Shown here: piece after piece, positions 25,436 to 35,523 of the stretch
How the letters are laid out: each line of letters begins with the position of its first letter
How positions within the stretch are numbered: position 1 is the stretch's first letter
Source: a virus
Lineage: Duplodnaviria > Heunggongvirae > Uroviricota > Caudoviricetes
DNA: 45,074 bases
IMG/VR virus record: IMGVR_UViG_2908567220_000008
Location: 1-45,074 of that record
Strand: one strand, 5' to 3'
Translations under genes and position numbers: made by a program
The notes under the pieces: model-generated
Database searches by the model: none
What the model saw: only the letters and a program-made list of their open reading frames with translations
Told to the model about the DNA's origin: nothing

Positions 25436-26298
25436 ATCTACCTCATCTGGCCCAGCGCCTTTTTAATACACCGCTGGCGCTGCACCCAAGTAAAGCTGAA
25501 GTCATCATGGCATCCGTTATGGACCGGTTTGGCATCAGTAAAATCGAATCCTCTCTTGCCATGGATGATGACTGGTATGGATACGACGATAACCGGGGGC
25601 GGGAATCCCGTAGCGACCCGGGTTATGACAATGTGTTGGGCGTCGCTGTCATCCCGATATGTGGGACCCTGGTGCAGAAGCTGGGTAGCCTGCGCCCATA
25701 CAGTGGCATGACAGGCTATGACGGCATTCGTCAGGCCTTCCTGACTGCGATGGAAGACCCCGATATTACAGGGATCTGCCTGGATATTGATTCGCCAGGA
25801 GGCGAGGTCGCCGGATGTTTCGATCTGGTCGATGTCATTTATGGCGCCCGCGGGAAAAAGCCCATCCATGCCATTCTGACGGAAAGCGCCTATTCCGCCG
25901 CCTATGCGATTGCCAGTGCGGCGGACCGGATTTCTGTTCCCCGAACCGGTGGTGTGGGTTCAGTTGGTGTGATCACTATGCACCTTGACTGGACCCAGCG
26001 GATAAAAGATGACGGCCTCAAAGTCACCATCATCACCTACGGTTCCCGTAAGGCTGAGGGGTCACCGCTGAGAGAGCTGTCAGATGAAGCGCTGGCGGCT
26101 ATTCAGCAGGACATCAACACCATGGGCGAATTGTTTGTGAATACCGTCGCCAGAAATCGGGGGATTAGCGCAAAGGTTATCAAAAGTACTCAGGCTGCCT
26201 GTTTTATGGCTGCTGATGGTGTGGAACTTGGACTGGCTGATGAGGTGTGTCCTCCTGATGCTGCGTTCAGAAACTTACTTGAAAAAACAGGAGCCTGA
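25432..26298 (+). CDS. Prohead protease (S49 / lambda gpC family)
   Basis: 288 aa S49 (SppA-like) peptidase; GTG start at 25432 preceded by ggagg and overlapping the portal stop. Confidence 0.85.
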   Translation: MNLPHLAQRLFNTPLALHPSKAEVIMASVMDRFGISKIESSLAMDDDWYGYDDNRGRESRSDPGYDNVLGVAVIPICGTLVQKLGSLRPYSGMTGYDGIRQAFLTAMEDPDITGICLDIDSPGGEVAGCFDLVDVIYGARGKKPIHAILTESAYSAAYAIASAADRISVPRTGGVGSVGVITMHLDWTQRIKDDGLKVTIITYGSRKAEGSPLRELSDEALAAIQQDINTMGELFVNTVARNRGISAKVIKSTQAACFMAADGVELGLADEVCPPDAAFRNLLEKTGA

Positions 26299-26299
26299 A

Positions 26300-26890
26300 A
26301 TGGCGAAGAAAAAGACTTTTAGTTTTGCTCATCTTATTGGCCGTGGCGCGACTGCTTCCGAAGAGGAAGAGGACAAAAAGGCCAAAAAAGCGAAAGGCCG
26401 TCGCGCGGAAGAGGATGAGCGCGAAGATGATGCCGGGGACGATGAACGCGAAGATGACGCGGAAAACGACGATCGTGATGATGACGCTGAAGATGACGGT
26501 GACGACCCGGATGCGGCTGAAGACGATGACGATTCCGAAGATGACGGCGACGATGACCGCAAAGAAAGCAAAGCGGTGAAAAATGCCCGCGCCGCCGAGC
26601 GTAAACGTTGCGCCCGTATCTTCGGCAGTAAGCACGCTGCGGCGAATCCGTCACTGGCCGCTTCACTCGCATTCAATACCGGGATGAGCTCTGCCGCCGC
26701 TATCGATGTTCTGGCATCCACGGCGCCAGCCTTGCAACCAAAGGCAACGCGCGGGCGCTCTCTCGATCAGCGCATGCAGGAAAGCCATGATGTCCGTCTG
26801 AATCCGGATGGCGGCAAGAAAGAGAACGGTAAATCGGCACTGGTAAACCAGATGACCGGCCTCTACAACTCCATTAAAGGAGAGAAATAA
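26300..26890 (+). CDS. Putative head scaffolding protein with acidic repeats
   Basis: ATG at 26300 (MAKKKTFSF...); central run of ED/DD repeats; positioned between protease and decoration protein (lambda Nu3 slot). Confidence 0.55.
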   Translation: MAKKKTFSFAHLIGRGATASEEEEDKKAKKAKGRRAEEDEREDDAGDDEREDDAENDDRDDDAEDDGDDPDAAEDDDDSEDDGDDDRKESKAVKNARAAERKRCARIFGSKHAAANPSLAASLAFNTGMSSAAAIDVLASTAPALQPKATRGRSLDQRMQESHDVRLNPDGGKKENGKSALVNQMTGLYNSIKGEK

Positions 26891-27297
26891 TGGATCAATT
26901 TGGTCAGAATGCCTTTGCACCTGGCATGAAGAGTTCAGTGTTTGTGCCGGATCAGTTAATTGCCGGTACGCTGCAACTGGTCACTGACACCGGCACGATC
27001 ACCGGCGGTGTGTATAAGCGTGGCACTGTGCTTGGCATGATCACCGCCAGTGGCAAATATACAGCCAGTGTGAAAACCGCAACGGATGGTAGCGAGACGC
27101 CAGCGGCCATTCTGGTTGATGATGTTGACGCTTCCACCCATGGCGATCAGTCCGGCGGCCTGTACCTGATGGGCGAGTTCAACCAGAATCATATTATTTT
27201 TGACGATTCCTGGACTGCGCCGGAACTGAAAACAGCACTACGTCCGCTGGCCATCTTCCTGAAAGACAGCGCCCAGGCACCTTTAACCACCTCCTGA
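26890..27297 (+). CDS. Head decoration protein (lambda gpD-like)
   Basis: 135 aa immediately upstream of the major capsid gene; gpD-like sequence. Confidence 0.7.
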   Translation: MDQFGQNAFAPGMKSSVFVPDQLIAGTLQLVTDTGTITGGVYKRGTVLGMITASGKYTASVKTATDGSETPAAILVDDVDASTHGDQSGGLYLMGEFNQNHIIFDDSWTAPELKTALRPLAIFLKDSAQAPLTTS

Positions 27298-27395
27298 TTT
27301 ATCCCTCATTTATCCTGGCGAATGCTTTAACCGGCAGGCGCTGACCTATTTAAAATTTATGCCAGCGTCTAGCTGGCATTATCAAGAGACTGAAT

Positions 27396-28445
27396 ATGGA
27401 AAATATTTATGATACCAGTGTGCTGGTGCAGGTCGTTCCTAACCTGAAAACCAGTCAGAACTGGCTGCTTGATCGCTTCTTCCCGAACGTCGTGACTTAT
27501 GAGACCGAAGAAGTAGCGATTGACGTGGATGTCGGCCTACGTCGTATGGCGCCATTCGTCTCCCCGCTGGTGGAAGGTAAGCTGGTCGAGTCCCGTAAAT
27601 ACCAGACCAATACGTTCAAACCGGCGTACATCAAAGACAAGCGGGCGCCGGACCTGCGTAAACCTATTCGCCGCCAGATTGGTGAGCGTATTGGCGGTGA
27701 ATATACCGCCGCAGAACGCGAAATGTTGAACCTGCAGTTTGAGATGACTGATCAGATTGACATGATCAACCGTCGGCTGGAATGGATGGCGGCCAGCGCG
27801 CTGGTGTCCGGTACCGTCACGGTTGCCGGGGAAGGCTATGAAACCAAAGTGGTGGATTTCGGGCGCTCTCCGGATTTGACTATCACTCTGAGTGGTTCAG
27901 ATAAGTGGCCGTTGACGGTTGCCGCGGGTGCCACTAATACCCAGCCCTCTGATGATATTGAAATCTGGCAGACGCTTTTCCTGAAAGAATCCGGTTCCGT
28001 CGCGACAGATCTGGTGTTCACAAGCAAGTCATGGCGTGCTTTCCGACTGGACACCACCATCAAAGATAACGCCATCACGTTCCCGGCGCTGAGCCCGTTT
28101 GGTAACCAGATTAATGCTGGTCCACAGGCGATGAAGGGCGCTATTTATAAAGGTCGCTGGGGTAACTTTGACCTCTGGTTATATAACGACTGGTTTATTG
28201 ACCCACTTGATAATGTCGAGAAGCCGATGATCCCCGACGGCGCCGTTATTATGTCTGGCGCTGATCTGATGGGTACCCGCGCTTTTGGCGTTATCCTGGA
28301 CCCGGCATTTAACTACGGTCCCCTGGCCTATGCGCCAAAATCCTGGGTGAAAGAAGATCCGGCCCAGCGTCTTATCCTGATGCAATCCTCCCCGCTGGTT
28401 ATTCCGAGCCGGGTAAACGCATCCCTCTGCGCGACGGTGGTCTGA
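27396..28445 (+). CDS. Major capsid protein (lambda gpE family)
   Basis: 349 aa; gpE-like sequence (MAPFVSPLVEGKLVESR ... FKPAYIKDKRAP) and position. Confidence 0.85.
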   Translation: MENIYDTSVLVQVVPNLKTSQNWLLDRFFPNVVTYETEEVAIDVDVGLRRMAPFVSPLVEGKLVESRKYQTNTFKPAYIKDKRAPDLRKPIRRQIGERIGGEYTAAEREMLNLQFEMTDQIDMINRRLEWMAASALVSGTVTVAGEGYETKVVDFGRSPDLTITLSGSDKWPLTVAAGATNTQPSDDIEIWQTLFLKESGSVATDLVFTSKSWRAFRLDTTIKDNAITFPALSPFGNQINAGPQAMKGAIYKGRWGNFDLWLYNDWFIDPLDNVEKPMIPDGAVIMSGADLMGTRAFGVILDPAFNYGPLAYAPKSWVKEDPAQRLILMQSSPLVIPSRVNASLCATVV

Positions 28446-28446
28446 T

Positions 28447-28824
28447 ATGGCAAAAATCTCTAAAACCGAGCAGGTCGATGATCTGAATGCTGAAGGCGCC
28501 ACCGAAGACGCCCTGAATATCGACGACCTGAATGCCGGCGGCAGCGTTCAGATGACGCATCAGTATGACGAAAAAGACGGCGATTCATCTGATGATCAGG
28601 ATGACGATGAAGAAGATTTTCAGGAAGTAGCGGAACCTGAGTTTGTGGTCCTGAAAGGGAACTGCATTCGCCATGACGGTGAGGTTTACCGGGAAAACTC
28701 CCTAATTCCGGTCTCCGGTAAGGATGCCGAGCGTCTGCTGGCCGCAGGTGTAATTGCCGATGTCCATGCTCTGCGACAGCGCGCGTTATCTGCTGCGCGT
28801 GGTGTGAAAATAACAACGGAGTGA
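28447..28824 (+). CDS. Hypothetical head-associated protein (lambda FI slot)
   Basis: 125 aa with acidic stretch; function assigned by position only. Confidence 0.4.
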   Translation: MAKISKTEQVDDLNAEGATEDALNIDDLNAGGSVQMTHQYDEKDGDSSDDQDDDEEDFQEVAEPEFVVLKGNCIRHDGEVYRENSLIPVSGKDAERLLAAGVIADVHALRQRALSAARGVKITTE

Positions 28825-28828
28825 GCAT

Positions 28829-29188
28829 ATGGGCGTGGACTGGGATTTACATCTTCTGAGTCCGCTCCATGGCGTGTTTGGCGATGAGCATGAGTACCGT
28901 CCCCGCAACGGTACTCCTTTTACGATTAACGGTATTTTTGACCGTGGCTATGCGCAGGTTGCAGAAAATCTTGATGGTGATTCAGAAATTAACACCTCCA
29001 GCCCAATGCTTGGGGTGCGCGATGCTGAATTTCGTCAGTTGGGTAAACCGCAACCTGCCGTATCTGACCGTGTGTTTATCAAAACGGTCGGAGGTCAGAT
29101 CATCAATCAGTTATTTGTTGTGTCCAACGTCGAACCGGACAGCCATGGCGGCTCACGTCTTGTTCTCAATGTGGCGAAAACCCGATGA
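28829..29188 (+). CDS. Head-tail joining protein (lambda gpFII-like)
   Basis: 119 aa; C-terminal half alignable by eye to lambda FII (SPMLGVRDAEFRQLGK...SNVEPDSHGGSRLVL versus SPSLFVRTDEVRQLRR...DRVSPDDGGSCHLWL). Confidence 0.6.
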   Translation: MGVDWDLHLLSPLHGVFGDEHEYRPRNGTPFTINGIFDRGYAQVAENLDGDSEINTSSPMLGVRDAEFRQLGKPQPAVSDRVFIKTVGGQIINQLFVVSNVEPDSHGGSRLVLNVAKTR

Positions 29189-29730
29189 ATGCTTCCGCAA
29201 TACGACACATGGTCGTGGCAGCGCTGAAAGATAAAACGGCTGCCGCCGATCGTGTGTATTCCCCGCGTGACTGGGCAACTTCGCCGGACCTGTACCCAGC
29301 GTTGCTTGTTCAGACGCCATTTGATCACAAAAAGGCGCAGGGGAGAAATGTCCCGGCCTTTACCTCTTTGACCACCGTTCGCATTACTGGCCGGGTTCAG
29401 GAGTACGACAGTGAAACCACTGATGATGGCGCCATGCGCGCGGAGGTTGCGCTGGAAGAGCTCCGGGAACAGGTAGAAAGGGCGGTGATTAACAGCTACG
29501 AGTTAACCCGGAACATCCAGAAATATGCGGAGGTCCGCTCGACGATTGATGTTGATGCGGATGGTGAAGCGCATATGGGCCAGCTGCTTATCGAAATTGA
29601 TATTGAGCACTATCAGGGACCGGAAGACTTTTATCCGGTCGATACGGTGCCGCTGGCGGGGATCGACATCACCATCGACATGCCGGACGGTACGCCGCAG
29701 CCGGGCGTAAAAATAGACCTTCAGGAGTAA
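29185..29730 (+). CDS. Putative neck / tail-completion protein
   Basis: 181 aa between head-tail joining and sheath genes; function by position only. Confidence 0.4.
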   Translation: MNASAIRHMVVAALKDKTAAADRVYSPRDWATSPDLYPALLVQTPFDHKKAQGRNVPAFTSLTTVRITGRVQEYDSETTDDGAMRAEVALEELREQVERAVINSYELTRNIQKYAEVRSTIDVDADGEAHMGQLLIEIDIEHYQGPEDFYPVDTVPLAGIDITIDMPDGTPQPGVKIDLQE

Positions 29731-29732
29731 TC

Positions 29733-29918
29733 ATGTTTGTAAAACCGAAGGACGGGCTCAGCGTTCGCTGCCCTGTCAGGGGGGAGCCTTTGCCCAAAGA
29801 TGGCGCGGAGGTACCTGATAATACGTTCTGGCGTCGCCGCCTGAAGGATGGCGACGTCAGTCTGGTACCGGAAAAGGGCGTTAAAAACGCCGTAAAAAAA
29901 GAGGGCGTAATTAAATGA
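29733..29918 (+). CDS. Small phage protein (DUF2635-like)
   Basis: 61 aa immediately upstream of the sheath gene, as in Mu-like tail clusters (recalled). Confidence 0.45.
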   Translation: MFVKPKDGLSVRCPVRGEPLPKDGAEVPDNTFWRRRLKDGDVSLVPEKGVKNAVKKEGVIK

Positions 29919-31426
29919 CCGTTCCATTTTCGCGAGTTCCCGGCAATTTACGTGTGCCGCTTTTTTATGTGGAGTTTGATAACTCCATGGCCAACACGGC
30001 GACGGCTACACAACGAACGCTGTTGATTGGTCAGATGCTGGCATCAGGCTCTGCACAGGAAAAAATCCCGGTAAAAGTCTCCTCTCCCAATGCGGTGGGT
30101 GAGCTCACCGGAAAAGGATCAATGCTGCATGGCATGATGACGGCGTATCAAAAAAACGATACTGCTGCGGAGGTCTGGATCCTTCCGCTGGCTGATGATG
30201 CGGATTCGATGGCAGTGGCAACTGGCAGTATCAAGGTTGCCACACAGGCGGCAGAAACCGGCGTTATCTCTCTTTATATTGCTGGCGTTCGCGTACAACT
30301 GACCGTACTGGCGACTGACACTCCGGCTCAGATTGCCACTGCGCTGGTCGCGGCGATTACCCGCAAAACGGAACTGCCGGTGACAGCTGCTGTAAAAGCC
30401 GATGCAACGGATACCGTGACACTGACGGCCAAAAATGCCGGGTTGCTGGGCAATGGTATTGATATCAGGCTGAATTATCTCGGTGTTCAGGGTGGTGAGG
30501 TGACGCCCGCGGGCCTGACACTCACCATCACGGGCATGACCGGCGGCGCCGGCGCGCCGGATTTTGTTGATGCCCTTGGCAACCTGCAGGATAAGACCTT
30601 TGATTTTGTCATCAACCCTTATGATGACACCGCATCACTGGATGCCATCAGAGAATTTCTGAACGATGCAACCGGCCGCTGGGCATGGGATAAACAGCTT
30701 TATGGCCACGCATTCACCACTACCAACGGCACTTACGCCGAGCTTGGCACCAAAGGGGAAACCCGTAATAACCAGCATGAGTCACTGCTTGGTGTGTATC
30801 GCTCACCGTCACCGCGTTATATCTGGGCGGCGGCACTGACAGGGGCCGCCGCACCCAGCCTGCGTAATGACCCCGCACGTCCGCTACAAAGTCTGCCTGT
30901 TTATGGCGTGCTGGCACCGGACCTGGCGGATCGCTTTGAGCTGACAGAGCGCAACAACCTGCTGTACAGCGGCATCTCCACTTACACCGTGGGTGATGAC
31001 GGGACGGTGATGATTGAAAACCTGATTACCACCTACCAGAAAAACAGCTATGGCGACGAAGACGACAGTTACCTTCAGGTGGAAACGCTCTTCAGCCTGA
31101 TGTTTGTCACGCGATATCTCCGCACTGCAGTGACCAGTAAATTTGGTCGCATGAAGCTGGCCGCGGATGGCACGCGTTTTGCGCCGGGGGCAGCGATAGT
31201 GACGCCAAACATCATCAGAGCCGATCAGATCGCGGAATACCAGACGCTGGTCTTTAACGGCTACGCGCAGGACGCTGAGGCCTTCGCCAGAAACATTATC
31301 GTGGAGCAGAACAAAACAAATCCGAACCGTGTCGATGTGTTGTGGCCGGGAACGCTTATGAACCAGTTGCGCATCTTCGCGCTGCTTAACCAGTTCCGCC
31401 TGCAGGCTGAATCAACAGGAGCATAA
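29915..31426 (+). CDS. Tail sheath protein (contractile tail, Mu gpL-like)
   Basis: 503 aa followed by tube, chaperone and tape-measure genes. Confidence 0.85.
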   Translation: MTVPFSRVPGNLRVPLFYVEFDNSMANTATATQRTLLIGQMLASGSAQEKIPVKVSSPNAVGELTGKGSMLHGMMTAYQKNDTAAEVWILPLADDADSMAVATGSIKVATQAAETGVISLYIAGVRVQLTVLATDTPAQIATALVAAITRKTELPVTAAVKADATDTVTLTAKNAGLLGNGIDIRLNYLGVQGGEVTPAGLTLTITGMTGGAGAPDFVDALGNLQDKTFDFVINPYDDTASLDAIREFLNDATGRWAWDKQLYGHAFTTTNGTYAELGTKGETRNNQHESLLGVYRSPSPRYIWAAALTGAAAPSLRNDPARPLQSLPVYGVLAPDLADRFELTERNNLLYSGISTYTVGDDGTVMIENLITTYQKNSYGDEDDSYLQVETLFSLMFVTRYLRTAVTSKFGRMKLAADGTRFAPGAAIVTPNIIRADQIAEYQTLVFNGYAQDAEAFARNIIVEQNKTNPNRVDVLWPGTLMNQLRIFALLNQFRLQAESTGA

Positions 31427-31429
31427 AAC

Positions 31430-31801
31430 ATGGCTGGAGATACCACTAATCGCCTGGCAGGTACCGCTTATGTCACCGTAAACGGGGTGACCGTTATGGT
31501 GGAGGGCTCATTCAAGTATCAGACCTCCACTGTTAACCGTACCACACTGACAGGCATGGACGGTGTGCATGGCTACAAAGAAAAGCCGGTTGCCCCGTAT
31601 ATTTCTGCCCGTCTTCGCGACAGCGGCGGTACCAACGTACTGGGTTTTAACAAACAGACGAACGTCAACGTGATCGCCGAACTGGCGAACGGAAAGACTA
31701 TTACCGGTCGCGCGCTATGGACGGTGAACGTTCAGGAAGTGGAAAGCGAAGATGCAGTGTTTGATGTTCGCTGGGAAGGCCGGGACGTAACGGAGAACTA
31801 A
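31430..31801 (+). CDS. Tail tube protein
   Basis: 123 aa directly after the sheath gene. Confidence 0.8.
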   Translation: MAGDTTNRLAGTAYVTVNGVTVMVEGSFKYQTSTVNRTTLTGMDGVHGYKEKPVAPYISARLRDSGGTNVLGFNKQTNVNVIAELANGKTITGRALWTVNVQEVESEDAVFDVRWEGRDVTEN

Positions 31802-31802
31802 G

Positions 31803-32081
31803 ATGGCAGAACTTGAACGCACCAAAGTCATTCCCCTCATCAAGCCTCTGGTCGATGAGGCGCAAAAAACACGCTATGAGCAACTGGAGCTGAAGGCGCC
31901 GACGCTCAGCCAGGCAGAGCAGTTCTACGAAAAGCAGGCATCGTCCACTTCACTGGCGGCGATGCGCCTGCTGATCTCGCTGGTCACGGATACGCGGGAA
32001 AGTGTGCTTCAGCCGATGGATTTTATCGACTTCCGAAAATGCGAGGAGTTTTTGCTCGGTTTTTTGACCTGGAAGCCCTGA
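31803..32081 (+). CDS. Tail assembly chaperone (short form)
   Basis: 92 aa between tube and tape-measure genes; a -1 frame extension follows. Confidence 0.65.
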   Translation: MAELERTKVIPLIKPLVDEAQKTRYEQLELKAPTLSQAEQFYEKQASSTSLAAMRLLISLVTDTRESVLQPMDFIDFRKCEEFLLGFLTWKP

Positions 32082-32230
32082 CCGCCTGGCAGGAAACGGC
32101 CGCTGACGTCACATTTTATTTCCGCTGGACAGAAGACAGGGCATGGGGCATGACCTATGCCCGTCTGAAGTGGTGGGTATCGCAGGCCTCCCGTATCAAT
32201 AAACTCAGGAATCCCGAACCCGATGAGTAA
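32060..32230 (+). other. Programmed -1 frameshift site and extension of the tail assembly chaperone
   Basis: Slippery heptamer T_TTT_TTG at 32060-32066, nine codons before the zero-frame stop; the -1 frame is open to 32230 (FFDLEALTAWQ...NPEPDE), overlapping the tape-measure start. Confidence 0.55.
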
Positions 32231-34076
32231 TTCTTTCGACTTTGAGCTGGTGGCCAGCGACCAGGCGACGGAAGCCATTGAGCGTATCAATGAGGCTATC
32301 CGTGATCTGGAACCAAAGCTGGATAAAACCAAAGAGGGACTCCAGTTAGGAGGGCAGGAGACCCTCGATGGACTGAACGGCTTTATTTCCCGCTTCGAAA
32401 ATCTGTCCAAAAATGCCCGTGATAATGTTCAGTACATCGGGGACATGGTACCACCGCTGAAGATGGTCGGTGAGCTCTCCGGTAAGCTGGCATCACTGGG
32501 GGTTGTTGGAGCGGCGGGATATGGGCTGAAACAGATTGCCTACGGTTTCCATGAGGCCTCAAGGGAAGCCTATAACCTCGATGTCGCCGCGAAAAATGCG
32601 GGTATGCGAGTGGACGATTTTTCCCGCCTGTCCGGTGCCATGCGGATACTGGGTGCTGATGGCGACAGTGCAAATTCCTCCATCGAGGGGATGGCTAAAA
32701 GCCTGAAGGAGGCCGCCAGTGGTGCCAACAGCCAGGTGCTCGGCGCATTGTCACAGATTGGCGTTCAGATCCAGAAAAACAACGATGGATCCGTTGATAC
32801 GCTGAGAACGCTGGAGTCGATAGCACGCGTTTTCCCGAGTCTGCGACCGGACCAGCAGAAATCAGTTTCCGATGCCCTCGGGTTGACGCCGGAAATGCTG
32901 GCGCTGATGCGTGAAGGCGTACGGATGAAAGCATTGCTGGCTAAATCTGATGAACTTGGCCTGACGGTTGATCCGGAACTTAACCGGCAATTGTCCGAGG
33001 TTAACGGCTCCATGAATGAGCTGGGCGCTGCATGGGATGGGCTGAAAAACCGTTCGAAAAACTCTCTGTTTAAGGGATTGCTTTCCGATGGTTCGGTGAA
33101 AGACGGCCTTGAAGGAGTGACCGACTTGTTCACGAATGGCGATTTCACCGGGCTGTCGCATGCGCTGGGGTTTATCAGTAGCAAGGATGCCGGGAAGCTA
33201 CGCCGCATTCAGGGTGATAAGGCGCTGTATAACACCCTTTCCCGGCGCGAGCGCGGAGCGGTGGATGCCGGCTTTATGACTGATGCCGTCCGTAAACGCT
33301 ACGACGCGCAATATGGCGCCGGGGACAGAGCTGAACAACTCCGAAATGATTTGTCTGTCATCCTGCCAGCAGGTGCAGCAGCTCCACGCAGAGAAGTGAA
33401 TTACAGCCAGCCATCTAACCAGGCACTGGGCCTGAGAAATAATAACCCCGGCAATCTCCGGATAGCGCCTAATGCGACCGGGGTGAATCGTGGTTTCGTC
33501 ACTTATGACAACAGCAGCGACGGGCTGGCGGCAATGGCCCGGCAACTGATGTTATATGGCGATCGTGGGAATAACACGCTGAACAGCATGATCCACACTT
33601 ATGCGCCACGCTCGGAAAATGATACGCAGTCCTATATCAATTCAGTATCGGCCGCGACAGGTATTCAACCCCAGCAGCGGGTGGATCTGCATAACCCGGA
33701 GGTGCTGAAGTCAGTCATGGCGGCCATGATTCAGCATGAGAATGGGGCGCAGCCATATTCTGAAGATGAGATACGGGCGGCAATTCAGACGGCTATCAGT
33801 GATCCGCGCTGGTCTGGTCTTCGTGACAGCCGAGTGCTCAGCCAGCAGAGAGAGAACATCCTCGTACCGCAACCGGACAAGTTTGACAGTTCCTCAATCC
33901 TGACAGCTTCCGGTAATGGGAGAGACACTGTCAGTGAAAACCTGACCCGGTCCATCAAAGAGGCGATGGCCGATCAGAAAATGAAGCTGGAAATCACCCT
34001 GGTCAATGATAAGGGGGAGAAGAAAACCTATAACGTCGAGGATAACGGCAGAATAACAACCGCCATGAATTACTAA
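32223..34076 (+). CDS. Tail tape measure protein
   Basis: 617 aa, helical-looking N-terminal two-thirds, located after the chaperone pair. Confidence 0.85.
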   Translation: MSNSFDFELVASDQATEAIERINEAIRDLEPKLDKTKEGLQLGGQETLDGLNGFISRFENLSKNARDNVQYIGDMVPPLKMVGELSGKLASLGVVGAAGYGLKQIAYGFHEASREAYNLDVAAKNAGMRVDDFSRLSGAMRILGADGDSANSSIEGMAKSLKEAASGANSQVLGALSQIGVQIQKNNDGSVDTLRTLESIARVFPSLRPDQQKSVSDALGLTPEMLALMREGVRMKALLAKSDELGLTVDPELNRQLSEVNGSMNELGAAWDGLKNRSKNSLFKGLLSDGSVKDGLEGVTDLFTNGDFTGLSHALGFISSKDAGKLRRIQGDKALYNTLSRRERGAVDAGFMTDAVRKRYDAQYGAGDRAEQLRNDLSVILPAGAAAPRREVNYSQPSNQALGLRNNNPGNLRIAPNATGVNRGFVTYDNSSDGLAAMARQLMLYGDRGNNTLNSMIHTYAPRSENDTQSYINSVSAATGIQPQQRVDLHNPEVLKSVMAAMIQHENGAQPYSEDEIRAAIQTAISDPRWSGLRDSRVLSQQRENILVPQPDKFDSSSILTASGNGRDTVSENLTRSIKEAMADQKMKLEITLVNDKGEKKTYNVEDNGRITTAMNY

Positions 34077-34085
34077 CCCTATTAA

Positions 34086-34107
34086 ACCGCCACCCTGGCG
34101 GTTTTTT
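34086..34107 (+). terminator. Putative intrinsic terminator after the tape measure gene
   Basis: Hairpin accgcc-accct-ggcggt followed by ttttt. Confidence 0.4.
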
Positions 34108-34122
34108 AATTCAGGAGGCCTG

Positions 34123-35523
34123 ATGGCAATTATCCAGGATGCAATAACTTCTCTGATGGGGGGCGGTGGTAGTGAGGACTGGTTGAGCCAGCTACGTCCC
34201 GGCTCGTTCCGGGGCGTGCCTTTTGCTGTGGTGAATGAGGAAGGCAGTCATGGCCGGCGGCAGGCGGTTCCTGAATATCCATACCGTGATACCGCCTGGA
34301 TTGAGGATATGGGGCGCGGGACACGGCGATTTATTATCCGTGGCTTTATCGTCCAGAACAGTCTGGTATACGGCGGTGGCGACGTTATTTCTCAGCGCCA
34401 GTCATTGATCAATGCGTGTGAAGCTAAGGGGAGTGGTACGCTCATTCACCCCACGCTGGGGGAGATGACCGTTTCCATACCTGAGAATGGTTTAAGGCTT
34501 TCCGGTTCCGCCGACAACGGCCGTTCGTTTGAATTTACCCTTATGGTCATTGAGTCGGGGTTAAAGGTCTTTGCCGTTACCGACAGTGCCGCCGCGGGGG
34601 ATACCGTTGGCACCAACTATCTGAAGCTGGTTAGTACGACGGTTGCCAGTACCCTCGCGAGAATTAAAAGCGAGATCCGCGGTGTGTCGCAGGGGATTCA
34701 GACCATCAGGGGAACCGTGACGTTCTGGACCAATATGGTGGATAACACCATCAGTGAGGTAACAAACGTCAGTAACGTGCTGGATTCTACTTTCGGGAAT
34801 AATCGTTACGGGCGGTACAGCAAGGGGACCGTAGGCGGGAGCTCTTCGGGTATTAACGGCAATCGTGATGCCGATGACTCAGAAGACCATCAGGCATTGT
34901 CTGAACAGGTTACCGCCCGGGCGGTGATGGATCGCCAGGCTGTGCTCGATACAACGGCTGCACTGAATGAATCTGTATCGGTCGAGGAATTTGTTCAGGG
35001 CGTTGCCGATGTGATTAATCGCATTCTGTCCAGCGCCGGTAGCGTGAGTGACAAAATTGCCGCATTTGAAAAACTGGCGGCTTCAACCAGTACCGGATAC
35101 CAGCGTTCCGAAAGCAGCCAGCAACTGGCTGGCACCATGAACACGCTGATCGTAGTGCTATGTACCGGAGCCATGACGGATGCTGCTGCAGATTACAACC
35201 CAACCAGTCGTAATGAGGCCGAAGAAATCACTCAACGCGTGGCCGGGCAACTGGATACCGCGTTACTACTGGCGGGCGACCGTGGCGATGATGATCTTTA
35301 TACGGCATTGATGGACGTGAGAACCGCTTTTCTGAATACCATGGCTCAGACTTCATCCGGACTGAGTGAGTTGATGCAAATCAATACTGCGGTGCCGGTT
35401 CCTGCCCTGGTACTGGCCAACCGCCTGTATCAGGATGCCTCGCGGGCAAATGAACTGATACAGGAGGCCAGCGTACCGCATCCGGCATTTATGCCGACGA
35501 CGATGAAGGTGTTGAGACAATGA
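34123..35523 (+). CDS. DNA circularization protein (Mu gpN-like)
   Basis: 466 aa; N-terminus typical of the Mu N family (recalled); position after tape measure. Confidence 0.75.
   Translation: MAIIQDAITSLMGGGGSEDWLSQLRPGSFRGVPFAVVNEEGSHGRRQAVPEYPYRDTAWIEDMGRGTRRFIIRGFIVQNSLVYGGGDVISQRQSLINACEAKGSGTLIHPTLGEMTVSIPENGLRLSGSADNGRSFEFTLMVIESGLKVFAVTDSAAAGDTVGTNYLKLVSTTVASTLARIKSEIRGVSQGIQTIRGTVTFWTNMVDNTISEVTNVSNVLDSTFGNNRYGRYSKGTVGGSSSGINGNRDADDSEDHQALSEQVTARAVMDRQAVLDTTAALNESVSVEEFVQGVADVINRILSSAGSVSDKIAAFEKLAASTSTGYQRSESSQQLAGTMNTLIVVLCTGAMTDAAADYNPTSRNEAEEITQRVAGQLDTALLLAGDRGDDDLYTALMDVRTAFLNTMAQTSSGLSELMQINTAVPVPALVLANRLYQDASRANELIQEASVPHPAFMPTTMKVLRQ

Noticed and set aside
26267-26721. Minus-strand ORFs across the scaffold gene
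   Set aside because: Generated by the acidic repeat region of the scaffold gene read in reverse; simple-repeat translations (Ser or His/Arg runs).
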